Below, piece after piece: positions 12,398-24,860 of a stretch of 64,000 nucleotides of DNA. Positions within the stretch are counted from its first letter, which is position 1. Each line of letters opens with the position of its first letter. The notes below the pieces were generated by a model, which had not been told where the DNA came from, searched no databases, and saw only the letters and a list, made by a program, of their open reading frames with translations. A program made the position numbers and the translations under genes. The stretch comes from Octopus bimaculoides (Eukaryota), in assembly GCF_001194135.2 (NCBI RefSeq), contig NC_068988.1:55201706-55265705 (forward strand), in the 5' to 3' direction.

Positions 12398-13519
12398 ATT
12401 GTGTCTCTGTGTCTTCCTCTCTCTCGTCCCCACCTCTGTTATTTCCAAAGAATGTTGTGGTTTTTTAATAATTAGAAACTGCTGTACAAAATTTCAGCTT
12501 AGCAAATATTTTGTAACTGTATGGATACCATTACACCATCTGTCACAGGGTATGTATGGTATGTGTGTGTGTGTGTGTGTGTATTTGTGTAAGAGTGTAT
12601 TTAAATTGTTGGATTTAAGTGTATTTTTATAGGATTAGGTAGGGAAATATTTTAAATGGGATGTTGTTTATTTTTGTAATCTGTCTACACCTTGTCAATA
12701 AGTTTAGTGTTTTAAGTGTACCAGTTCCTCTTTGGTACTTTAATGCTATCACTTAAAATTACTTGCCTACAGTGTGTTGAAATAGTATTAACTCAGTTTA
12801 GTTATTCCACTGAACACCTTACAGAGTTATTCACCCCTAAGGGACAGATTGAGATCGCTAAGTAAATGTACATTTACTTAGAGGTGGATAACTTTACGAG
12901 ATATTTGGTGGAGTAACTGGCATAGTACTTAGATAAACATCACTACTTAAAATATATAAATACAGTTTTTAATATTCGTTCAGACATTAGTGTAATATAT
13001 CTGGATATCGCTTACAAATTAGATTCTGGAATGGAGCTATGCCATCAACTAAGAACTAATTAGAGGAGGCGGTCATTATATTAAATTTGTTTATGTTGAT
13101 AGAAAGAAAGTCCTTAAGATTAAGAGTTGAGGAAATATTATCTGCTACACTTTTTAAATCAAATCTTTTGAATCAACTGATCACTCATAATTTATATGAA
13201 GTCTGAGCACACAAGACAAAATATTTGTGTTAAAAACTGAGGACCATTCTCTATAGTACTTTCCTCTCTTCCTTTTTCCTTTTCCTGCTCTTTTCCTGTC
13301 TTGCAAGTTACTCGGTGATCTCACTAGTGCTGTATTGTAGTTGGCATTAGGAAGGGCATCTAGCTATAGAAACCATGACAAACCTAACATTGGAGCTCAG
13401 TGCAGCTTCGCAGCTCACTGGTTTTTGTCAGACCATGTAACCCTTGCAAGCATGGAAAACAATTGTAAAATGAATGATAATGATGATGATGATATCATCT
13501 CTATGCATTATCAAACACC

Positions 13520-13715
13520 AACTATGTGCTTGTTCAATCTGCTAGAAATAGCAGTCAAGCTCTTTCAAAATATTCTATCTTAGGAAAAGAAGGACACATT
13601 AGATAATGTAGTTTCCAGGTACATTATATCTGAACAGAAGTTGGTACAGTCATAGACGGTGTGCTTTGATCAGGCTCAGCTTGGGAACTAAGCAGCAGTA
13701 ACAACAACTGCAACC
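13520..13715 (+). mobile_element. Dispersed short repeat ('family F', ctgctagaaatagcag...ggataatgtag...(aac)n)
   Basis: Similar sequence at about 34258-34440 (-), 41415-41600 (+), 49140-49245 (-) and 52005-52175 (+). Confidence 0.6.
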
Positions 13716-16700
13716 ACAAATTGCATTATCATTTAAGTTTGATTGGAATGAAACACTTGTGGATACGTCTAAGGGCACTGACATGGCTGTGTAGTTAAGT
13801 CACTCTTAATGCATGCCACCACATGTGTGCACACGCACGCATGCGCGTACACACACTCACTCACTCGCTTGCCCGCCCGCTCGCCCGCTCGCTCGCTCAT
13901 GTATCTGTGTGTGTATTGGAGAATGGTGTTGATATCATTAAAAGAATTGCTGATAAACCAATGCAGCAGATAAAAGGACATTGTGGTATTTATTCTGTCC
14001 TTGTCACACAAATATTCTCTTGTCATTCCTGGCACTGGAGGAGACACTGGCTGAAAATTCCGAACAAATCTTCTTAGAGTTGCTTTTGTATGAAGGGTGA
14101 ATGAAAGCATGAACTCCATTGGAAACCGATAACCAACAGTGCTGTTGTTCACAAAGTATGTCTGATATCGTTTATCTTTTATTTGTTTCTGTCATTAGAC
14201 TGTGGCCATGCTGGGGGCACTGCCTTGAAGGATTTAGTTGAACAACTTGAACCTGGTGTATATTTTTTAAGTCTTGAACTTACTCTTTGCCAGTTCGCTT
14301 AGTTACAGGGATGTAAACTAAGCAACGCTAGTCATCAAGCAATGAGAAGTGGGGGGCAACACATACACACACTGCACAAACATACAACTTGCCCAAAGTG
14401 TCATGCAGTGAAACTGAACCTGAATCCATTTGGTTGTAAAGCAAGCTTCTTAACCACGCAGCCATGCTTGTGCCTAAATAAAGACTATTCTTCCACAGTT
14501 ATTGTAACACACCATCATCTTCACATCTTTTTGGGCCACAGCAATGGATACATTATATATCCTGTAAATTATGATTTATATGGTATTTGTTATGTCACTA
14601 TGACTTTGAAAGCTGGGGATCATTGTTCCTCACAAGAATAGTGTTGCCATTGTAGTTTATGCTTTCATTCACCCTTAATGCACAAACAACTCTAAGAAGA
14701 TTTCTTTGAAATTCTCAGCCAAAGTCTCTTGTTTGTAGAAACCAATGACACACCAGTATCATTTGACTAAATTAAATCCATTACTTCAGCAGTACTTTAT
14801 TTTATTGGCTCCTCCTATTCCCAGAAGACTGCAATGCAAATTTAACCATTATTTCCCACCTCTTACTATTTAGACTTGGTTGAGACTAAAAAACTAGACA
14901 CATGTCTCTGCTACAATTTTCTTTGTCTTTCAGAAACATTATGGCATATCATCATCTACTATTGAGCTATTGATGGATAGTTCTTGGTCTGAAAAGTTTC
15001 CTTAGCTTACAAGGAACTTAGAAACAAATTTTCCTTTACTACCAGGAACTCAGAATATCACCAGCATCATTTAATATCCATGTATTAAATATCATAATAT
15101 ATTAATGATGTTAAATATCATTTAATATCAAATGGGTCAGATGAAATTTGTAAATGTAGATTTTCTATGGTTGGGTACGCTTCCTACTGCCAAATTTCAC
15201 CTGTTTCCAAGCAAGGTAATATTTCTCCATGATTGGGCACATTCCTCACAGAAGACTAGAAGTGAACAACCTTGTTTATATGATGGTGATGCTCACTTAT
15301 AACTATCACCTGATGCCAAGAGAAGAGAACATGCATGTATGCACTCACTCATGCACCAATGCAGGCATGCACATACGCACATGTACACCTGCACATAACA
15401 GGCTCCTTTCAATTTCCATATACCATATCTACTCACAAGTTCTTTAGTTAACTCAGATCTATAGCAGAAGACATTTGTTCAGATCAAAAGCTTCCTTTTC
15501 TTACAATGTCAACAGAGCAATTTCAAATCCTGCCAGTTTTGATAAAATATCTGCTTTAGCTGGCTGGAGCGGCCAGTCTTTACTATACCATATTGAATGT
15601 GTCTGGTGTGTAGCTGACAAACAGCAGTGAAACAGTATCCGTTTTCTGAAAATGATGATGAGGAAGTTGTTTAGGGAGTTGTAATGGTGATGCTGTAGGA
15701 ATTAAGATTAGGTCAGTTCTCCTGGAGATTACTTCTAATAATGTTTATTTTTTTTTTGCATTCTTCTCTCTGCATGTGTACATGCATGTCTGCCTTTGTG
15801 AAATCATGCCTATTTTGAAATAATAAATGGAATTAATATAATTAACTATTATGGTTTGTTCTCTCTTACCCCAAACCTCTTAAACTTCTACTGAACTTTT
15901 AATAAATCCCGCAAATGGATCAGATTAGTTAATCTTTTAATCAGTTTATGCATGAGACCGTCTTAATAATATGCCCTTGATATTTAGTCTTTATTCTTGT
16001 GTATCACTAATGAAGGATCTGTTATTGTATTGATGGTACTGCTGTAGCAGCAGGAATGCTGGATTTGAAGTGTTTCACTTTATTAGTTCCTAAGTTTTTG
16101 TTGTGTTTTGAAATGACTAATTCACTTCATTCCTGTAAACTTGAGTTATAGTGATATATGCAGCGGAAGACAGAATTGGTAGTGTTGAGACAAAATACTT
16201 TATGGTGTTTAGTTATGTTCATTTACATTCTGAATTCTAATCCTACCCAAGTTGACTCAGTCATTATTGTCATCATAATCACTATTGTTGCTCTCACCAT
16301 TGCTGTTGTCATTGTCATTAATGTTATCATCATCATCATCATCATTTTAATGGTCGCTTTTCCATGCTTGTTTGAGTTGAATGGAATTTGTTGTGGCAGC
16401 CTTTTTATTGCCTGATGCTCATCATCAATCCTCACCTGTTTCCATTCATGGTAATATTTCTGTGTAACAGGACAAATTTTCATGGAAGAGTGGAAAGGAA
16501 GGACACTGCTGTTATGGTGGTAATGCTTGTTTACAACAAGGAGCATCCCCTCCTGCATTCACCCACTCATATCACATTCACCAAAATCTGCACACATTAC
16601 TTGAGACTTATGACTTTCACTATCCTATGGATACCCAACTCTTAAAATGGTTCTTTGTATTACATGCATTTTAAACTTGAAACACCACAAATAGAAACAC

Positions 16701-16844
16701 CATTTTAATTCATGTTCTCTGTTTTGTTGATCTGAAAATTCCCTTTGCTACAAATTTAAAGAAGTGATTAGTTTCTAAACAGGTGTGTGCAAATGTATGT
16801 GAATGTTGATATTCCGTGTTGTCACTATTTGAGTGAACTGATGG

Positions 16845-17205
16845 TGATATGGACATTTCTTGTTGACGGCACTTGTGCCAGTGGCACGTGAAAAGTCATT
16901 TGAGCGAGATCGTCGCTAGTGCCGCTGGACTGGCTCCTGTGCAGGTGGCACATAAAATACACCATTTTGAGCGTGGCTGTTGCCAGTACCGCCTGACTGG
17001 CCTTTGTGCTGGTGGCACATAAAAGCACCTACTACACTCTCGGAGTGGTTGGCGTTAGGAAGGGCATCCAGCTGTAGAAACTCTGCCAAATCAGATTGGA
17101 GCCTGGTGTAGCCATCTGGTCCACCAGTCCTCAGTCAAATCGTCCAACCCATGCTAGCATGGAAAGTGGACGTTAAACGATGATGATGATGATGATGATG
17201 ATGAT
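16845..17205 (+). mobile_element. RTE-related 3' UTR fragment with internal gtggcac.t.aaa subrepeats and (GAT)n tail
   Basis: The last ~190 bp match 1-219 and 5890-6113. An inverted paralogue lies at 37018-37288. Confidence 0.8.
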
Positions 17206-17490
17206 TATGCCTGGCTGTTTTGTGCTTCCAATGACTATTGGAAGAATGATAATAATAATTCTTTCTACTATAGGCACAAAGCCTGACATTTTTGGGGAGG
17301 GGAAAGTCGATCGCATCTTACTTGATTGGTACTTATCAACTCTGAAAAGATGAGAGGCAACATCAACCTCAGCAGAATTTGAAATCAGAATCTAAAGATG
17401 GACAAAATACCACTAAGTATTTTGTCCACCATGCTAATGATTCTCTTAGCTTGCCACCTTTGTAATAATAATAATAATAATAATAATAAT

Positions 17491-17958
17491 TGGTATAAAT
17501 GATTGGCTACAGCAAATATTCTGCTCAATACCACAGATTTGCTCGTCAGTTGTTTGACCTTAACCAGTTCAGCATGTCCCTTAATGAATGATGATATGTG
17601 CATCTCTGATCACAAGCAGAAGTAGTGGGGGAGCATCATAGCCATGTGTTGAGAGGAATTCTTTGGGGTTTGAATAACTCACCTCTGGAAACGTGGGGGT
17701 TTTGTTCAATATCCTTAACCCTTATTCAAGCACCTTTTGAGTGGGATAGACTACTCAACCCAAAGAAAATTCTAATTGGTCCCCACCTGCAAGGTCATGT
17801 GCTGTTTATCTTGATATGAGATCACTATGTCATGCACATTTGGTTGTGATGCATGTGCCTGTTGTATCCTTATCGGATGGGTAGTCATGATGAGTATAAT
17901 GGGCTTTGTATACTTTACCCCAATGTCACTTTGATGGCATGCACAGCTCTGTCACTCA
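17491..17958 (+). mobile_element. Second, 5'-shortened copy of family E, flanked by (AAT)n
   Basis: Shares its 3' end (…ctctgtcactca-ataataat vs …ctctctcattca-gtaataat) with the 4491-5030 copy but lacks about 70-80 bp at the other end. Confidence 0.8.
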
Positions 17959-19274
17959 ATAATAATAATAATCATCCTTTCTTCTATAAGCACAAGGCTT
18001 GAAATTTTGGTTGGTGGGGGGGGGTGACTAGTCGATTACCTCGACCCCAGTGTTTAGCTGGTACTTAATTTATTAATCCCGAAAGGATGAAAGGCAAAGT
18101 TGACTTTGGCCAAATTTGAACTCAGAACGTGGCAACAGATGAAATACTGTTAAGCGCTTCACTCAGTGTGCTAACAATTCTGCCAGCTCTCCCACCTTTG
18201 GAATAATAATAATAAAAATCTTTTACTTGTAAACAGGTAAAAGTTGTCGACAGAGAGTATCTAAGTGAAAAATCTTGTTTCAATGTAATCTCAGTCTAAA
18301 CCCATGTAATATAAAAAAAATAGATGCTAAACAAAAGAATAAATATGATTCTTTGCATTATCAGTATGGAAATATTTACTAATCTATAACAAAGTTCTTA
18401 TATATATTTTTAATTGTTCACTAGAATATATATATATATATATATTTGGTTGTGTTTGTGTGTGTGAGGTGCCTGAAGAGGTGGTGGTTTTAAAATGCTC
18501 TAAATGGAAAGAACCAACAGTACAAAGGAAGCAATTCTTGTAGGTGAGGGCTTACATATAGGTTTTTTCCCCCTTGCACTGAATCATTGTTTTTACTGAT
18601 TTAATGTTTCATTGGTTATTTTTATGCTTTTATAGGTTAGAAAAGTTTGTTGGGCAGAATTTCCCCATGCATTATTGTTTGTGTGTGTGTGTGCATTATA
18701 TATGTATGTATGTTTATATATGTTTGTGCATATACATGTGTAGGCATGCATGTTGGCTTTGCCATTTTGATCAATTAGAAATTGTTGTAATGTATATCGC
18801 ATTATGTTGACTAAAGGCAAACAAAATTGATTATGCTCCCCTTTAATCCAAGTTCCTTCTGCCATCTACTCACCAGTGCTTTTTTCACTCACCTTGTAAT
18901 ATGACTTCTCATACATTGATCAATATCCTTGATGACCTATTACTTCTCTCAACTGGTTTGTAGTTAACTGTTCTTAGTTAAATTACACATCCAATAGATC
19001 AACCTCAATTAATACTATCTTAGTTGATCCTCTGCATTTCTTTACATCTGTTTCAGTATTTATTTTGTACATTTTGTATCACAATCTTTGAATGTCTCAC
19101 ATAGTTGGCCTTCAATACAGAAGGTGGCATCTTTTGTTCAATGATTGTAGTAGTTCTTGAAACTTTAATCTCACTTCAGTTCCTATCACTCTCTTATCAC
19201 TATTCCAACTCGGTAACTTATTATTTCAGTTTGATAACTTTCGTATTATTTTCACCAAGCAATCTTAGTAGACT

Positions 19275-19586
19275 GGAGGCGCAATGGCCCAGTGGTTAGG
19301 GCAGCGGACTCGCGGTCGGAGGATCGCGGTTTCGATTCCCGAGCGGGCGTTGTGTGTGTTTATTGAGCGAAAGCTCCACGAGGCTCTGGCAGGGGGTGGT
19401 GGCGATCCCTGTTGTACTCTTTCGCCCCAACTTTCTCTCACTCTTTCTTCCTATTTCTTGAGTAAAGCTGCGATGGACTGGCGTCCCGTCCAGCTGGGGT
19501 GGGGGATACATATGCCATAGAAACCGGGAAACTGGGCCCATGAGCCTGGCTAGGCTTTAAAAGGGCGCATAAATAAAAAAATAAAT
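19275..19586 (+). mobile_element. Full-length tRNA-derived SINE ('family A', tail 1) with 14-bp TSD
   Basis: Head ggaggcgcaatggcccagtggttagggcagcggactcgcggtc..ggtttcgattccc (A/B boxes, tRNA-Arg-like). A-rich tail. TSD aatcttagtagact at 19261-19274 and 19587-19600. Resembles, from memory, the octopus OR1/OR2 SINEs. Confidence 0.92.
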
Positions 19587-21196
19587 AATCTTAGTAGACT
19601 ATGATCTTCAGTTTATATGGTTAGATTTCCTTCTCTGAAAAAGGCATTATAAATGCTATGGCACACCACCAACTTTTCAAGTTTCATGTATAAAATAGCG
19701 TTAAACTTGTTTGCAAATCACATGCACCAGTGTGATTCATTAAAAGCATTCAAGTTTTTCTGAATATTCTAGTATTTTTCAACTTGTTTCAAAAACAGTG
19801 GCACACTTGCAGACCATACACAGCACATAGATATGCTGTGGCACATGTGTCATGGAACATTGACTGAAAATATTTGCTGTATAATATTGAGTTCTAGTTT
19901 GCTGTTTCCTTGTACTTTTTAGCAAGTCCAATTCTTTGATACTAAGTCTTGGTATTCACTCTGTTACGTTATATTCGTACTGTATTGTCTTTTCTGCTAT
20001 GTAGTATTTGTTCTGATTCTTTACATTCTGATTTCAAATCTTGCCAAGAACAACTTTGTCTTCCATACATTCAGGGTCAATAAAATAACGTACCAATTTA
20101 AGTACTGAGGTTGATGATATTGACTAATTCCATCCCTTCAAAATTGCTGGCCTAGTGCCTACATTGGAAAACATTATTTCTCTTTAACCTTGTATGTAAA
20201 TGCTTTAGCTGCTTTAAGCTCAATCATTAGATAATCTTTCACCTACATAACTATACCTCAGAATTGTTCAGCCATTCTCTACATGATGTGAATTATCTCA
20301 CTTTCTCAAACTGTTGTATGAATGCTAACATTTACTTAAATGTTTTATCAGCTTCCACTTGTTCCTCATTGTGATTCCTTTTCTGATAAACATTTCTTTC
20401 AGCTTAACTACTAATCATTAATCTATGCTGAAAGTGAGGATATTTGGATATTCTTTGTGTTCATAACAAATATGCCTAAGTCTGAGACATCAGTCTTCTC
20501 TCCTTTATATTATGTAAGACCTCTATGCTGACAGAATAGAAGAAAGAAATAGAGTGCTAGACTAAATACTCTACAGTATTTAGTTAAAAGCTTCTCTCTT
20601 TCTTCTACAAAGAACAGCTAAGAATATCTAAGGCCTCACTTATCTTCTCACTAGGTTAAACAATTAACCTATAATTAAAAGAGACTATTCAATTAAGGTG
20701 ATTACACATTTAACAATGTGTCATTTTGTGATAAACTGTTGCTTGTAACAACTGTGTGTGTTTGTACATGTCTGAGTGTGAATATTTGTTCATCTGTGAT
20801 ATGATAGCTATGATCACTGTAACTTTGGAACATAAGATAGAACTCTGTAATGTGTACAAATTGTAAGTGTGCAGGAGATGCAAGTGGGATTACAGGTAGG
20901 CTGACTGAGGACTTCATATATAACAGGATTACCTGAGTAGCAAGCAATAGAAGCACTCATGGGGTAATTCTTCCAAATGCTCAGAAGTTTCCTAAGATGT
21001 AACTAATACCCACACCTTTCAATGTTCACTCGTTCCAAGTATTTACATCTCTCAGTTATCTATGCCTGGTAAGTAATAACAAGACTGTACATAGCTGAGA
21101 CCTATGAAGACCAAAACATGTCCTGAATTGTCAGTATACCTACCAAAGGTCAGACTCAATCCACACTTCATGCTTTCACCCATAAATTTTTTATTA

Positions 21197-21358
21197 CCTT
21201 ATTTTAACGTGTATAAAGAAGCCCCTAATATTTTGGGCTTAAAATTTGAAAAAAAAGGTTTTGTAAGGAATTATAATACTATTCATGTATAAGAAACTCC
21301 CATATTTTTAAACCTAATTTTTAACAAAAAGGAGTTCCTTATACACATTGAAATATGG
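21197..21358. mobile_element. Tc2/pogo-like MITE, 162 bp
   Basis: TA|ccttattttaacgtgtataa ... ttatacacattgaaatatgg|TA: imperfect ~20-bp TIR with TA duplication. Confidence 0.7.
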
Positions 21359-22119
21359 TAATTTACATTTAGGATATGTCTCTCTTGACTATCTTGCCCA
21401 GAATTAATCATTAAAGTTACTGATTAAAAAAATTTTTTTAACTTTTTTTTTTCTTTTTTAAGCCATGATATGCATTAATTTATGGCTATGCTATATGTAG
21501 ATAAAAACAGATTGGATTCATCACTGTGCTGAGACACGTTGTTTGGGCACCAGTGTGTTATTTAAACAGAAACCTGACTTGTTGGGGGTTTTTTTCAAGA
21601 TATACATATCTGAAGTCCAAATGGGGTTTTCAGCCTTATTTATGTAGCCTACTTTGTGAAAGCAGATTGCATTCATTATACATCTCTTGAACTTTGACTG
21701 TATCAAAGGTCTCTCAACTTGATTTTCAGTTTGGTGCAGTAACTTCAAGTACATAATGCAAATATTTCAATGGTATAAATCTCATAGAACAAATGCAAAC
21801 ATATGTATGCTTTTAGGGTATGATGTTGGTGGGGTAAATAATACATGTTCAAATTTTAGTCCTGCAGTTTTGAGTTCTTTGGTAAAACTCTATGTCATGA
21901 TATTTCTTATAAGAATGTACCGCTTCTGTATTTCAATTTTTGGAGTAATTAAGAATTATAACCGGTTTAGTACAATAACTAACATTCAACTTTGTAAAAG
22001 AGAAATGTTTACTTATGTTGCATATATTAATGAGATCACAGTGAAAGATCTGAGTTCAAATTTGAGTACTTGTGTCATTTGAGGTTGAAATGGTTAATTC
22101 TTTGTAATGGGTATAAGTG

Positions 22120-22550
22120 TAGGCATGGCTGTGTAGTAAGAAGTTTATTTCTCAACTACATGGTTTCAGGTTCAGTCCCACTGTGTGGCAAGTGGGTGAG
22201 TGTCTTCTACTGTGTCCTAGGCTGACCAAAGCCTTGTGAGTGGATTTGGTAGATAGAAACTGAAAGAAGCTTGTTGTGTGTGTATATGTATGTATTTGTG
22301 TGTGCATGTGTTTCTGTGTTATTGTGGCATTGCCTTGACACTGCATGGTAGTTGTAAGCAAGTGCGACCATCATGCGATTGGTGTTCTTCATTTCCAATT
22401 TTCTGGGATGTGCCTGGTCATAGGAAATATTATCTTACTTGGAAACAGGGAAGGGTTGGTGAGAGGAAGGGCATGCAGCTGTAGAAAATTCACCTCAACA
22501 AATTCTGTCCAACCCATGAGAGCATGGAAGAAGTGGACGTTAAACAATAG
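22120..22550 (+). mobile_element. Family C SINE, head + (TG/TA)n + RTE-type tail
   Basis: ggcatggctgtgtagtaagaag..ggttcagtccc head; ends acccatgagagcatggaagaagtggacgttaaac. Similar copies at about 41955-42400, 61665-62100 and 62745-63140. Confidence 0.8.
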
Positions 22551-23848
22551 TGATAGGTCAAAAGAACAGAAAAACATTCAAATTCAATTTTTAGCAATAC
22601 AAGTATTTCTGTAAAAATACTTGTATTTTCTATTAAATCATTGATTTGTCTTGACTGCATCTAGCTTCCATAATGTATCCAATAACTTCTAATTTATGCT
22701 TATTATATCATTCCAGGCCAATTTCCATCCACTGTTAGTCTGCTTACCAATATAATCACATGCTTATGGCATCTGTTCATCAAATTCACTTCTTCCTCTA
22801 ACATTGATGTTTCATGCTTGTTGTAACAGTGTTCTGAGCAGTTCAGTGTCTTCAAGTATGCTGGCAAATAACAATGCCATATATGGTGGCAATGCAGACT
22901 TGGGCTAGCAAAGTGGAATGACTAAGCAAAGCTATTATGTTCAGTTAAATCAACCATTAAGAATGCTGGATTGGCTAAAGGATTATTAATCAATAAATTT
23001 GTCTTACTCTTGGGAATAAAGCATCAGTTACCAGTAACTGCAGTCAAAATTTGCATATAACGCACATGTGTGCATCTGAGAATATGTGTAAGCATTTATG
23101 GATGCAGCAACACATACTTATGCATTTGTCTCATATGTCTGCATTCATCACATATGTGCACTCTCCCCTGTTTCTTGGTTGCGGTAAAAGAAAGGTCATC
23201 GCTATTGTCATATCATTATCATCATCTTTATGGTATATTTTTCATTATATCATGGATTGGACTGAGGCATGCGCGCGCGCACACGCACACACACACACAC
23301 ACACCCACCCACACCCACACCCACACTCAATCCCAATCCCATCCACCTATTAAATGTATGTACAGGCATATATTTAATTGTATTTGTGCGCATTATATCA
23401 CTTGATCACCATCATTGTTGTTCATTGTCATCATCATCATCATTATCATTGTTGTCATCGTCCCCTCTGCATCCATTTTTCCTAATAGGCATGCATCGAA
23501 TTGGTTAGTTTCAACACAGCATCTTTTTACTTGTCGCAGTCCTCTGTCTTCTTTGTGAAGTTTAATATTCCAAGATCAGTTCTTGCTTCCTGTGTCTTCT
23601 TCTGCATATTTATTCTACCTACAATCTTTGGCACTTTCCACTTGACTATTCTTTTTCTTGTGCATCACATGTTTATTCTAGTCTTTATCTTCTACTGACT
23701 TCAAGTCATTGGACTGTGGCCAAACTGGGGCACCACCTTCAAGGGTGTAGTCAAACAAATTAACCCCAGTACTTTTGTTTTTATAGTCTGCTACTTGTCT
23801 AACTGGTCTCAAACCAACACTAGTTTCATGTGCTGTGTGGGACATGTG

Positions 23849-23880
<32 letters not shown>

Positions 23881-24286
23881 TGAGCTTTCACACAGTTTCT
23901 GTCTACCAGATCCATTCACAAGGCTTTGGTCTTCCTGTGCTGTAGGCGAAGACACTTGCCCAAGGTGCCACGCAGTGGAACTGAACCTAAAACTGCATGG
24001 TTGCAAAGCAAGCTTTTTAATCACACAGTCATAGTGGGTAGTATTTTCAAATGACTTGATGACTTCTCTCATTTCGCATAAAACCACAAATTTCATAGGA
24101 CTAGTGTAGGATACCAAATCAGTATAAGTATAGTACTGGTGTTCATTTTATCAACGATTTAAACCTGGCAGGATTTAAATTCAGAATCTAAAGAGTCAAC
24201 CACAAAGCACTACAAAACCTTTAGTCTTGTAATCTACTACTTTTTACTATTCCACTGTCTTTATTTTTGCTAATATTAATTTTAAC

Positions 24287-24585
24287 TGGCACTCCATGGT
24301 TATGACAATGAGGGGTTCTAGTTGATACAATCAACCAAACAGCCTGCTCACGAAATTATTGTGCAAGTGGCTGAGCACTGTACAGTCAGACATATCCTTA
24401 ATGTAGTTCAGAGAGATTCAGCATGGCAGAATGTGACATGACTGGCCCTTTGTACTTAGAGGTACAATTCATTTTTGCCAGTTGAGTGGATTGGAGCAAC
24501 AAGAAATAATGTGTCTTGCTCAAGGAAACAATGTGCTGCCAGGAATCAATAACAGTGAGCTGAATACCTTAACCACAAAGCCACA
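24287..24585 (-). mobile_element. tRNA-derived SINE, head/body B joined to tail 2
   Basis: The tail (cagcctgctcacgaaatt..gcaagtggctgagcact) matches the family A tail 2. The body (catttttgccagttgagtggattggagcaac..gtcttgctcaagg) matches 56085-56303. Confidence 0.7.
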
Positions 24586-24639
24586 CACTTTTACACTGTA
24601 TTAATTACAATGATTTCTAACAATGGCGGGATGCTTTCA

Positions 24640-24860
24640 CCCTTTAGTGTTCAGATTACTCTGTTAAATCTAATACTTTTTGACTCAAATAGTTTTGAAT
24701 TAATCATGCATTATCTTATAGCTTTGAGGTTTCAATGATGTGATTGTTTATTTTTAGAATATCAATGTAAGTTAGGTTTTAGAGGATAGATATCACCAGT
24801 TTGAATATAAAACATGTAGAATATATTGGGGCGGATATGGCCTGTTTAAACACTAAAGGG
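24640..24860. mobile_element. piggyBac-like MITE (second copy)
   Basis: TTCA|CCCTTTAGTGTT ... AACACTAAAGGG|TTAA, perfect 12-bp TIR. Confidence 0.75.

Noticed and set aside
19275-19345. tRNA-Arg-like gene (also 28860-28928 and 61390-61457)
   Set aside because: These are SINE heads: no proper acceptor stem, followed by SINE body, and flanked by TSDs.
21030-21075. Strong donor CTG|GTAAGT as candidate ROCK exon 1
   Set aside because: The phase-0 frame reads VFTSLSYLCL, with no similarity to the expected ROCK exon 1 end and no supporting start.
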